From: Candidatus Kaiserbacteria bacterium
GTDB lineage: Bacteria > Patescibacteriota > Minisyncoccia > Phycocordibacterales > UBA918
Assembly: GCA_019634005.1 (NCBI GenBank)
Contig: JAHQWD010000003.1
Span: forward strand, 67,725-131,724
Length of the DNA: 64,000 bases
Direction: 5' to 3'
A program made the translations under genes and the position numbers. Positions within the stretch are counted from its first letter, which is position 1; each line of letters begins with the position of its first letter. Below are positions 19,289-27,803 of this stretch, piece by piece. The notes under the pieces were generated by a model. It did not search any database. It saw only the letters and a list, made by a program, of their open reading frames with translations, and was not told where the DNA came from.

Positions 19289-19301
19289 GCGATCGTGTCA
19301 T

Positions 19302-19345
19302 AAAAAAAGAGCGGACGTTCCCCGTAGGGAGCGTCCGCTTTTTCT
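19302..19345. terminator. Bidirectional intrinsic terminator between convergent genes (gagcggacgttcc/ggagcgtccgct, flanked by A-run and T-run)
   Basis: Seen in sequence. Confidence 0.55.
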
Positions 19346-19358
19346 AGTCGGAAGTTCG

Positions 19359-20300
19359 TCATGAGTAGTTGCACTCCTTGTACGGAAGGAGCTCAATAAC
19401 CACTTGTCGTTTCTGACCTGTTTTGTTGAACAGGAAGCCGAAACGGGCCTTGGCCCGCTCTCCCTCCAGCACGTCAGAGCCGATGTGTTCTTCATCGGCA
19501 CCGAAATACTTGAGACAGTATCCTTCTTTTATGAGGACGTAATCGGTGACCTCATGGGGCTCAAAGGCAAGTGTGAATTTGGCTGGTGGCTCGGTGAGCC
19601 CATTCAGCTGTTTCACGGTCAGGGGGGTGTCTGAAGCCTCTTCGGATGCTTTTTGCATCTCGGCGACAGCCTCTGCCACGGCTCTGTCAACCCGTCGGGC
19701 GACATATGCCCTGGTGACTGTCTGTTGAGTGTTCGAGGCAGCCTTTTCCTCTTCCAAGAATTCGGAGAAGGGGATAGTGCTCAAGATGTTGACGAAGATG
19801 GTGTAAACGGCGTAGGCCGTCACGACCCATTTCAGATACTTCTTGGATCCTTCGCCCAGCCAGATGGTGAGCAGGCCGAGAACGATCCCCATAAGAGCGA
19901 TTACCCAGAAGGCACCGGGATTTTCCTCAAACGACCAAGTCGACAAGACACTTGCCGAAAAGGTGAAGAAGAAGAGGATGCCCAGAGCTCCCTTGTAGAG
20001 GATCTGAGCACCTTCAACGGCGCCTTGGGTGATGTCCTCGTCATTCAGACCTTGGACAATCGCCCCAAGCCCCATTGCCGTGAAGACAATGGTGGTATTT
20101 GTCAGATGTAGCCCAAGGGCAATGAGCCCGATAAAGGATAGGGCTACATTGACACCCAGAAAGCCAGCCAGGTTGATGGACCACATGACGGTTGTTGCGA
20201 TCAGAGTGTAGAACGCAAACTTAAAGAGGATAAAACGTACATCCTCTCCCTTCTCGTGAGCGTATGCCCCGAGCTGATTTACTAAGTTTGTCATAGACAT
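19359..20300 (-). CDS. Hypothetical integral membrane protein (313 aa; 4-5 N-terminal TM helices plus a soluble C-terminal domain)
   Basis: Hydrophobicity pattern only. No motif recognised. Confidence 0.5.
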   Translation of the reverse strand: MSMTNLVNQLGAYAHEKGEDVRFILFKFAFYTLIATTVMWSINLAGFLGVNVALSFIGLIALGLHLTNTTIVFTAMGLGAIVQGLNDEDITQGAVEGAQILYKGALGILFFFTFSASVLSTWSFEENPGAFWVIALMGIVLGLLTIWLGEGSKKYLKWVVTAYAVYTIFVNILSTIPFSEFLEEEKAASNTQQTVTRAYVARRVDRAVAEAVAEMQKASEEASDTPLTVKQLNGLTEPPAKFTLAFEPHEVTDYVLIKEGYCLKYFGADEEHIGSDVLEGERAKARFGFLFNKTGQKRQVVIELLPYKECNYS

Positions 20301-20317
20301 GACTATTCCTTTCTAGT

Positions 20318-21124
20318 CTAGCCCCAGACAGCATTGAAAAACTTACGGAGAGGCCCGTGGTCTTTCTTGCTGTCTGCGATCTTTTGTTCGATTTGGTTGG
20401 CAAGACGATTAGTCGCCTTGTCATATCGTTGCGGCAATGACCGCACCGAGTTGATAGCTTTTGCCACCAAGTCTTTGGTCTTCTGATTCGGATGTATTGG
20501 AAGCAGGATACCTTGGGACTTGAATTGTTTTGCGAGTCTTTTATAACCCGCGAGTGGCGTAGGACTTTCTTTGATCGTCCTGATCACATATTCCATGAAG
20601 ATGACACCCTCGTGGACTTTTTCGGTCCGACGTGGCGGCTCCTTCATCTGGAAGTGGATGCTTTCGTTGCCGAACCTTGACTTCAACTCCGTCTGTACAT
20701 CGGCAGATTCCCTCGCCGTGACGGAGAAAGAAGAACCGTTACGTCCTTCCATACTGAAGGTCGCCTCAGCAACTTTTGGTTTGATTGTTCGGGGTCCTCG
20801 TTTCACCACAAACAGGCGAAACTCGTTCCAACAGAACAGATTGATCAGGTACTCCTCGAGGGTACCTCCCTTAAGCGATGCCCATTTGTGGAATTCCGCG
20901 AAGATGTCGAACGCATCTTCGAGCCCAGGTATCTCCGATACCTTTAGCATGATCGAGTTGAACTGCCGTTCATCCTCGCCACCACGGAGACCATAGACTC
21001 CTTTTGCAATTGCTGAGGCGTCATTGGCTGGTTTTTCCCCACGAAACGCAGAGAGAACATCAGCCGCGGAGTGCATATGGCTAAGAAGGCCCAGCATCTC
21101 ACCAATCTTGTCAGCTATTTTCAT
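20318..21124 (-). CDS. Hypothetical protein (268 aa)
   Basis: Clean ORF, co-oriented with and 17 nt from the previous gene. Confidence 0.5.
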   Translation of the reverse strand: MKIADKIGEMLGLLSHMHSAADVLSAFRGEKPANDASAIAKGVYGLRGGEDERQFNSIMLKVSEIPGLEDAFDIFAEFHKWASLKGGTLEEYLINLFCWNEFRLFVVKRGPRTIKPKVAEATFSMEGRNGSSFSVTARESADVQTELKSRFGNESIHFQMKEPPRRTEKVHEGVIFMEYVIRTIKESPTPLAGYKRLAKQFKSQGILLPIHPNQKTKDLVAKAINSVRSLPQRYDKATNRLANQIEQKIADSKKDHGPLRKFFNAVWG

Positions 21125-21262
21125 GACTTATTACTCCCTGTCAAAGGACATGTGTTGCAGGGAGGCCAATCCTCCCATTCCTGTATATTATATCATATAT
21201 AAGATATAGAGTCAAGTATATATCTTGCGACGAGGGCTATTGTTCGGTATCATTGTTCCACC

Positions 21263-22285
21263 ATGAAAACAAGCGTTATTTCTCGGGTAGAAATGAAGAA
21301 GAAGGTGAAAAAAGACGGTGTATCACGTACGACACTTTCTTTCTATCGCTATGTGCATATTCCAGATCCAAACGTGTTTAGGGACACTCTTTTTGCAGAA
21401 CTGTCAGCGCTTGGCTGTCTGGGGCGTATATATGTAGCTGAAGAAGGGATTAACGCGCAAATGAATGTACCGAAACAGAATTTTGAAGCATTCAGGACAT
21501 ATCTTAACTCCGTAGAAGCATTAAAGGATATGCCGCTAAAAATCGCTGTTGAAGAGACTGAAGCGCCATCTTTTTATAAGCTCACCGTCAAGGTGCGGAA
21601 AAAGATTGTTGCTGATGGTCTCGATGACGCCTCCTTTGATGTAACAAACACGGGTGCGTATCTTTCTGCAGAAGAGATGAATGAGTACATCAATGATCCT
21701 GAAGCAGTTGTGGTAGATATGCGGAATGGTTATGAAAGTGAGGTAGGTCATTTTGAAGGAGCGGTTACGCCTGATGTTGATACCTTTCGGGAGGAGCTTG
21801 TAGTGGTTCCAGAGATGCTTCGGGTGCATAAGAATAAAAAGATTGCACTCTACTGTACAGGCGGCATTCGTTGTGAGAAGGCGAGTGCGTGGCTAAAGCA
21901 TAATGGTTTTGAGAATGTTCGACACCTTAAGGGGGGTATCATAGACTACAAGCGACAAGTAGATGAGAAGGGGCTAGAGAATAAGTTTAAAGGCAAGAAC
22001 TTTGTATTTGATGAACGTCTTGGAGAGAGAATTTCTCCTGAGGTTATTGCAACGTGTCATCTCTGTAATGAGATTTCGTGTGATACCCACTACCACTGTA
22101 AAAATCAAGCATGCCACGTGCTTTTTATTGGATGTTCATCATGTATGGAGAAGAAGAGGGGATATTGCTCTTACAAATGCATGACCTTTGATAAGCTTCC
22201 AGAGAGTATAAAGAGGCGTCTTACGCGGAACAATTATAAAAAAGACCTTGAGCAATTTAAAAAGAATCGTCTGAAGGCACGGTAG
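21263..22285 (+). CDS. trhO: tRNA uridine(34) hydroxylase (rhodanese-domain protein, YceA/TrhO family)
   Basis: Near-colinear similarity to E. coli YceA: SFYRYVHIPDP, GRIYVAEEGINAQMNVP, the rhodanese active site YCTGGIRCEKASAWLKHNGF, GKNFVFDERLGERIS, and a Cys-rich C-terminus. Confidence 0.85.
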   Translation: MKTSVISRVEMKKKVKKDGVSRTTLSFYRYVHIPDPNVFRDTLFAELSALGCLGRIYVAEEGINAQMNVPKQNFEAFRTYLNSVEALKDMPLKIAVEETEAPSFYKLTVKVRKKIVADGLDDASFDVTNTGAYLSAEEMNEYINDPEAVVVDMRNGYESEVGHFEGAVTPDVDTFREELVVVPEMLRVHKNKKIALYCTGGIRCEKASAWLKHNGFENVRHLKGGIIDYKRQVDEKGLENKFKGKNFVFDERLGERISPEVIATCHLCNEISCDTHYHCKNQACHVLFIGCSSCMEKKRGYCSYKCMTFDKLPESIKRRLTRNNYKKDLEQFKKNRLKAR

Positions 22286-22356
22286 CGAAAGAGGCCGCAG
22301 GTGCGGCCTCTTCAGAAAAGTTACAGACGAGAACGGGCATGCGTTGTTTTTACCAA

Positions 22357-22635
22357 TCAGTTTTGGACAAGTGCCTCGAAGAAATCTCTTTGGTGAGAGA
22401 GAAGTAGGAACGTGTCCTCCTCCGACAACGCTTTGATCTTAGCATAGCGTGACAGTATACCGACGAGTCCTTGCTCGAACTTGTCTGAAGGTATCTCTGT
22501 ATCCGCCAGTCTGACGAACTGAGGACGAAGAGACAGTAGGACATCCTTCCCGTGATTTATTGTTGTGCAGACATCGATGAGTCTCATCTCGATATCCCAT
22601 TGTTCTCGCATTTTCAAAAGAACAAGTTCCCCCAT
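22357..22635 (-). CDS. Hypothetical protein (92 aa), start reassigned
   Basis: The listed ORF begins at a TTG. The internal ATG at 22635 is preceded by AAAAAGGAGGAGGAATGCT, a strong SD. Confidence 0.4.
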   Translation of the reverse strand: MGELVLLKMREQWDIEMRLIDVCTTINHGKDVLLSLRPQFVRLADTEIPSDKFEQGLVGILSRYAKIKALSEEDTFLLLSHQRDFFEALVQN

Positions 22636-22715
22636 AGCATTCCTCCTCCTTTTTTCTATATGGTGGTTTGGAAAGATTTTGTCATATATGAATATGTCGG
22701 TCAATAGCGCTTTCT

Positions 22716-22805
22716 TGGTGCCGAGGGCGGGATTCGAACCCGCGCGAGCAAGGAATGCTCACGACATTTTAAGTGTCGCGTGTCTACCAACTCCACCACC
22801 TCGGC
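22716..22805 (-). tRNA. tRNA-Leu (anticodon UAA), long variable arm, CCA encoded
   Basis: Acceptor gccgagg/cctcggc, anticodon stem-loop cgaca-ctTAAaa-tgtcg, long extra arm, T-arm cgggttcgaatcccg. Confidence 0.8.
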
Positions 22806-22869
22806 ATGAGGCGCATAATAGCATAAAACATTTGTTCTGGAAGGTGCAAGATGCTACAGTATTCCACAC

Positions 22870-22944
22870 GTCCTGGTGGCGAAGTGGTAACGCTGAGGTC
22901 TGCAAAACCTCCATGCGCGGGTTCGATTCCCGCCCAGGACTCCA
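22870..22944 (+). tRNA. tRNA-Cys (anticodon GCA), CCA encoded
   Basis: Acceptor gtcctgg/ccaggac, anticodon loop ctGCAaa, T-arm gcggg-ttcgatt-cccgc. Confidence 0.8.
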
Positions 22945-22995
22945 CGTAAAGTGCTTGTTTTTACAAGCACTTTTTAGTACACTCTGGTCTGTTAC

Positions 22996-23068
22996 CCGCC
23001 CATAGCTCAGTTGGTAGAGCAGTTGCCTCTTAAGCAAATGGTCCTAGGTTCGAGTCCTAGTGGGCGGA
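22996..23068 (+). tRNA. tRNA-Lys (anticodon CUU), CCA not encoded
   Basis: Acceptor ccgccca/tgggcgg, D-arm tagctcagttggtagagc, anticodon loop ctCTTaa, T-arm ctagg-ttcgagt-cctag. Confidence 0.8.
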
Positions 23069-23102
23069 CAAAAGACACCAGTCATGGTGTATAATTGGGA
23101 CA

Positions 23103-23480
23103 ATGAAAAATATTTTCCTGAAGACATTCAAATGGATACTACTGACCATTGTTGCATCAGTAATTACTGTTATTGTGCAAGGTATTGTTGAGGAGCAGAA
23201 TCGTTTCAATGCATCAGCAGAGGCATATTTCTCATATGAAAAACTTTCCGAGGAAGAGATAGATGGTATGTATCGCACAGAGTTCCTTCTCATTCTCCGT
23301 GGGTTTGCACCACTTGCGGATACATTACAGACATTCGTATATCCAGGACGATATTGTAGTGTCCCAGAGATACGTCCTGAAGATCTAGAAAACGAATGGC
23401 ATTACGTATCTGTGTGCACGACAGACCTTCCAATCGCAGAGCGAGGAGCGCTCTTTCAGATTGTACAGGTGGCGAGGTAA
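23103..23480 (+). CDS. Hypothetical membrane-anchored protein (125 aa)
   Basis: N-terminal TM helix. Sits between tRNA-Lys and tRNA-Leu. Confidence 0.4.
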   Translation: MKNIFLKTFKWILLTIVASVITVIVQGIVEEQNRFNASAEAYFSYEKLSEEEIDGMYRTEFLLILRGFAPLADTLQTFVYPGRYCSVPEIRPEDLENEWHYVSVCTTDLPIAERGALFQIVQVAR

Positions 23481-23523
23481 CTTTCTGGAAATCATGGACA
23501 CAATAGTGTACACTCTAGTCCAC

Positions 23524-23607
23524 GCCGGGGTGGCGAAATGGTAGACGCGCTAGTCTTAGGAACTAGTGGAGCAATCCGTGCTGGTTCGAGTCCAGTTCCC
23601 GGCACCA
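23524..23607 (+). tRNA. tRNA-Leu (anticodon UAG), long variable arm, CCA encoded
   Basis: Acceptor gccgggg/tcccggc, anticodon stem-loop ctagt-ctTAGga-actag, T-arm ctggttcgagtccag. Confidence 0.8.
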
Positions 23608-23610
23608 AGA

Positions 23611-23641
23611 ATAAAACCGAGACAATGTCTCGGTTTTATTC
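23611..23641 (+). terminator. Intrinsic, potentially bidirectional terminator (aaaaccgagaca-atg-tctcggtttt) after tRNA-Leu; it overlaps the rbfA stop codon
   Basis: Seen in sequence. Confidence 0.5.
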
Positions 23642-23974
23642 TTTCCCTTCAATATCTCGTGCAATCTCATCGATGTGTTGTCGATGTCGCTCTCCGTAAT
23701 CTACCTCGAACTCTATATGAGGGATACGTTTAAAGGCACTCTTTTTCTTAAGAAAATCTCTGAAGTGGCTGGCACTTCGCTTGAGGAAGATGAGTGCGTC
23801 TTCCTGTCGATTATCGGGGATGGTGGTGAAACGAATTGTCGCTTTTCGGTAGTCTGGAGAGATGGTTGCGTCTGTTACGGTAATCATCGGGTCTGTGTTT
23901 GCCTCATTTCGAATGAATGTTGCTGCAAACTCTTTCAGTTGCGAGCGTACGCGGTCATGTCGGTCAAAATCCAT
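23636..23974 (-). CDS. rbfA: Ribosome-binding factor A
   Basis: RbfA family pattern (DPMITVTDATISPDYRKATIRFT...FKRIPHIEFEVD). Located downstream of infB. Start taken at the Met that overlaps the infB stop (ATGA), not the upstream Met. Confidence 0.75.
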   Translation of the reverse strand: MDFDRHDRVRSQLKEFAATFIRNEANTDPMITVTDATISPDYRKATIRFTTIPDNRQEDALIFLKRSASHFRDFLKKKSAFKRIPHIEFEVDYGERHRQHIDEIARDIEGKE

Positions 23975-23975
23975 A

Positions 23976-25586
23976 CTACGTAATTTCAATAGTAAACGCT
24001 TGGATATAATCTCCTGGTGCAATATCCGCTTTTGAGTCCACTTGCATACCGAACTCGTCGGAAGAGACTTGTTGCACGTCAGACTTCTGCTGCTGGATAT
24101 TCTTCAGTATTCCAACACCAACCTCAAGGTCTCTCCGTAGGATTTTTACCTGTTGTCCGACAGACAAAGTTCCTTCATCCACACGTCCACCGAGAACATG
24201 GGCATCTTTTTGTCGACTAAACGCTTTCAGAATCTTTGCTTTCCCAGTGATGACCTCAGTCTCTTGCTTTGGTGTGCGGTTCTTGAGTGCTCCTTCAAGC
24301 CATTCTGCAAGTTTATAGATGATATCGAAACTCTCGATCTCTACACCAAGACGATCTGCAAGGTCCTGTGCGGCACGTTCTGTCTTTACATTGAATCCAA
24401 CGATGATGGCATTCTCTGTTGCACTGACGTTTTGTACATCACTTGCGGTAATATCTCCTACACCAGTATCAATGACACGTACTGCAATACGGTCTGATTC
24501 GAATTTAGCGAGTTCGTGCTTTACTGCATCAATCGTTCCAAGCACGTCCGCTTTGATGAGAATAGGGACAGTTGGCATGGAATCATCGACGCGTTCGGTT
24601 GTTGTCTCTTCACTCTGATTCTCTGAGACTACCTGCTCTGCCTCCTTCTTATTAGAAACAGTTGTAAACGGAGATCCAACGACAGGTACCTCGTTCCATC
24701 CCACAATTCCCACTGGCTCTGAAAGGCCTGCTTCACGGATATTTTTTCCGAGGAAGTTCTCCATGATGCGTACGGGTGCGTAGGAAGATCCAGAGACAAC
24801 AAATGAGCCGCTCTCAAGCGTTCCGTTCTTGATGATGAGTGTTGCAGTGTTTCCACGCTTGGTATCAAGATGCCCTTCAATCACGAGACCTTCTGCAGGT
24901 GCGTTGGTATCTCCAGTGAGTTCTGCAAGCTCTGCGGAGAGAAGGAGTACGTCGAGAAGCTCATCAACCCCTTCACCGCTCTTTGCAGAGATGCCGACCC
25001 ATGGAATGTCCCCACCCATACCTTCGATATAGATTTCGTTTTCAATGAGGCTACTTTGCGTTTTAGTGATGTTCGCACCTGGCTTGTCTATCTTATTAAT
25101 AGCAACAATATATGGAATCTCTGCCTTCTGAATACACTTCAGTGCTTCAAGTGTTTGTGGCATAACACCATCTTCTGCAGAGACGATAAGGATGGCGATA
25201 TCAGCAACGTCTGCACCACGGTGACGCATCTGCTGGAAAGCCTCGTGTCCTGGCGTATCAAGGAAGGTGATACTTTTCTTCCCGTGCTCTTTGGTCTCAT
25301 GCTCTACTACATACGCAGAGAGGTGTTGGGTAATACCTCCCGCTTCACCTTCCACGACGTTCGACTTACGGATGTAGTCCAAAAGCGTAGACTTTCCATG
25401 ATCGATATGCCCCATGATTACCACGACAGGTGGTCGCGGTACAATATTTGGCTCTGCAGTCTTTTTATTTTTCTTTGCCATAGTTGTGTGTAAAAACGCT
25501 CTTCTGAGCGTTTTTGAGCAATGTTCCGAGTCTAACACAGATTTACTATTTTTCCATCCTGTGACATCATCTGGGTAATGTTTCAA
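23976..25586 (-). CDS. infB: Translation initiation factor IF-2 (short form, 536 aa)
   Basis: GTPase G1 GHIDHGKSTLLD, G3 DTPGHEAF, G4 NKIDK. C-terminal beta-barrel domains. Confidence 0.9.
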   Translation of the reverse strand: MKHYPDDVTGWKNSKSVLDSEHCSKTLRRAFLHTTMAKKNKKTAEPNIVPRPPVVVIMGHIDHGKSTLLDYIRKSNVVEGEAGGITQHLSAYVVEHETKEHGKKSITFLDTPGHEAFQQMRHRGADVADIAILIVSAEDGVMPQTLEALKCIQKAEIPYIVAINKIDKPGANITKTQSSLIENEIYIEGMGGDIPWVGISAKSGEGVDELLDVLLLSAELAELTGDTNAPAEGLVIEGHLDTKRGNTATLIIKNGTLESGSFVVSGSSYAPVRIMENFLGKNIREAGLSEPVGIVGWNEVPVVGSPFTTVSNKKEAEQVVSENQSEETTTERVDDSMPTVPILIKADVLGTIDAVKHELAKFESDRIAVRVIDTGVGDITASDVQNVSATENAIIVGFNVKTERAAQDLADRLGVEIESFDIIYKLAEWLEGALKNRTPKQETEVITGKAKILKAFSRQKDAHVLGGRVDEGTLSVGQQVKILRRDLEVGVGILKNIQQQKSDVQQVSSDEFGMQVDSKADIAPGDYIQAFTIEIT

Positions 25587-26753
25587 ACAAAGCGCATCTA
25601 TCTAGATTATGCTGCTGCAACTCCCGTGCGAAAGGAAGTGTTCTCTGCGATGAAACCGTATTTCACAAAGCACTTCGGAAATGCAGGAGCTATCCACCGA
25701 GAAGGAGTAGAGGTGAAAAAAGTCATTGAAGATTGTCGTACGAGACTCTCTCGACTCTTTCGTACCCGCACAGGGAACGTGATATTCACAAGCGGAGGAA
25801 CGGAATCTAATAACCTTGCGATTCTCGGCACACTCGAGGCTACGGGAAAAAATTGGAAAGATATGGAGGTAATTACGACAAAGCTCGAACATCCCTCGGT
25901 GCTGAAAGTGATGGAAGTATTGGAAGCGCGGGGAGTATCCATAAAGTATGCTCCAGTAAATGAGGATGGACAGATTGTTCTTGCAGAGTTTAAGAAGCTA
26001 CTGTCTCCCAAGACTACTCTTGTAACGTTTGCCTATGCAAACAGTGAGACAGGGGTGATACAGCCTGTGAAAAAGATTACACACATGATTCGTGATTATG
26101 GAGGCAATATCATTTCGCACCTTGATGCAAGTCAGGCACCGTTGTGGCTTTCATGTCGTATTGATTCTCTCGGTGTTGACCTTATGACACTTGATGCAGG
26201 AAAGTGCCATGGTCCCAAAGGAGCGGGTGTGTTGGTATATCAGGGGGACGCAAAACTTACATCACAGCTTCATGGAGGAGGGCAGGAAGGAGGACTCCGT
26301 GCGGGAACTGAGAATACACCCCTTATCGTTGGTATGACCACTGCATTTGAGATTGCGCAGAGAGATTATGAAAAAAGAAGTGAAAGCGTACGTATTCTTC
26401 GCGACCTTCTCACGGAAGAGATTGTGGCAGCAATTCCAGAAGCAGTCGTGAATGGATCTGTTGAGGAGCGACTTGCAAATAATGTAAATATTTCTCTTCC
26501 AGGATTTGATACAGAATATGCGGTCATCGTATTGGACGCAAAAGGGATTGCAGCATCCACACGAAGCGCCTGTGGTGCTGGTGAAGGGATTGGCTCTCAC
26601 GTAGTTCGTGAGATGACAAAAGATGATGCTCGTGCACATGCAACACTCCGTTTTACGTTAGGAGAAGAGACAGGGAAAAAGGATATAAAAAAGGTGGTTA
26701 TCACACTGAAGAATCACATTGACACCATGCGTCAGGGTAACTTACCAACCTGA
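25578..26753 (+). CDS. Cysteine desulfurase (class V aminotransferase, NifS/IscS-like)
   Basis: PLP-fold pattern including SGGTESNN. The C-terminal region with SACGAG contains the catalytic Cys loop. Confidence 0.8.
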   Translation: MFQTKRIYLDYAAATPVRKEVFSAMKPYFTKHFGNAGAIHREGVEVKKVIEDCRTRLSRLFRTRTGNVIFTSGGTESNNLAILGTLEATGKNWKDMEVITTKLEHPSVLKVMEVLEARGVSIKYAPVNEDGQIVLAEFKKLLSPKTTLVTFAYANSETGVIQPVKKITHMIRDYGGNIISHLDASQAPLWLSCRIDSLGVDLMTLDAGKCHGPKGAGVLVYQGDAKLTSQLHGGGQEGGLRAGTENTPLIVGMTTAFEIAQRDYEKRSESVRILRDLLTEEIVAAIPEAVVNGSVEERLANNVNISLPGFDTEYAVIVLDAKGIAASTRSACGAGEGIGSHVVREMTKDDARAHATLRFTLGEETGKKDIKKVVITLKNHIDTMRQGNLPT

Positions 26754-26842
26754 CGTCTGTTGACAGACTTTTGATGAGGAGGGTATACCTATCTATAGGG
26801 TACACAGACAGTACGAATTGAAAACAGCAGGAGGTCAGACAC

Positions 26843-27634
26843 ATGAGCTACTTTTTCTTGCTTGGGGCAGAAGACCCTGAGATGAAAAAAATGGAAGAGT
26901 TGCTGGGCGACTCGCTCCAATATGCCGTTCTGGACGGCAAACGGGTGCATCCAGACTCTGCATATGATGCAGACCCCGTGGTCGTTCCGCGGCAACATCA
27001 ACTGGTGCTTATTGAATGTGAACCGAGTAACATTCGTGAGCATCCCGACGCAATCCGCTTGGACCATCATCGCCCTGGCGATCCAGGATACAACAAAGGT
27101 GCTCAAGATTTCTTGAAGGCATCATCGATCGGGCAACTTCATCAGCTGCTTGATGTCGAACCAACAGCAGAGGTTTTGGTAGTTGCGGCATGCGATCATT
27201 GTATGCCAGATGCCGTCCAAGGACGGTGCCCAGGGGTTTCCCCCGAGGAAGCACTTGCGTTCAGTATCTCTGAGATTGCTCGACACACGCACACTTCGAG
27301 TATGGAAGTGTCAGAACATATCAAGCGATTTCAGATGCTGATAGAGAATGCTCCGAGAGAAGTGTTCGGTGAGCAGGAGGTTCACGATCTTCGGGAACAT
27401 TATCTGGATCCAGGGTATTCACTGAACTTTCTCACTGCACGAGTTGCGGTAGCGCTTGAAGGATGTTGTGCTCTGCTTTGCCACGACGATTGGCATCGTG
27501 GCGGTATCAAGTGGCAGCTATTCGGCAACGCGGCACCAGAAACATTCGTCCTCTTTCAAGGCTGGGCGGTGAAGCAGGGACTCAAGAGAGTGTATGGTGT
27601 TCCGCACCGCGGCTATGCTGGCGGGTACTTGTAA
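26843..27634 (+). CDS. Hypothetical protein (263 aa), noticeably GC-richer than its neighbours
   Basis: Clean ORF, no motif recognised. Local GC is about 55% against about 46% in the flanks (by eye). Confidence 0.45.
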   Translation: MSYFFLLGAEDPEMKKMEELLGDSLQYAVLDGKRVHPDSAYDADPVVVPRQHQLVLIECEPSNIREHPDAIRLDHHRPGDPGYNKGAQDFLKASSIGQLHQLLDVEPTAEVLVVAACDHCMPDAVQGRCPGVSPEEALAFSISEIARHTHTSSMEVSEHIKRFQMLIENAPREVFGEQEVHDLREHYLDPGYSLNFLTARVAVALEGCCALLCHDDWHRGGIKWQLFGNAAPETFVLFQGWAVKQGLKRVYGVPHRGYAGGYL

Positions 27635-27803
27635 GAGTCCTCCTTGTTCCTCTGTTCAATAAAAGCTTTCGGCCTACGGGACGGAGGCTTTTATTCTTGA
27701 CTCGAAGGACACTTTCTTGCATTATGGTGACCCAAAGACGTGGTCTGCATAACTATTTTCTAAATAGGGAGATTGCGCGTATAATGGAGAAAATACTCAC
27801 GAT

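Noticed and set aside
23976-24022. Longer rbfA starting at 24022 and overlapping infB by 47 nt
   Set aside because: A downstream Met gives the usual 4-nt ATGA coupling with the infB stop, and the RbfA family conservation begins after it.
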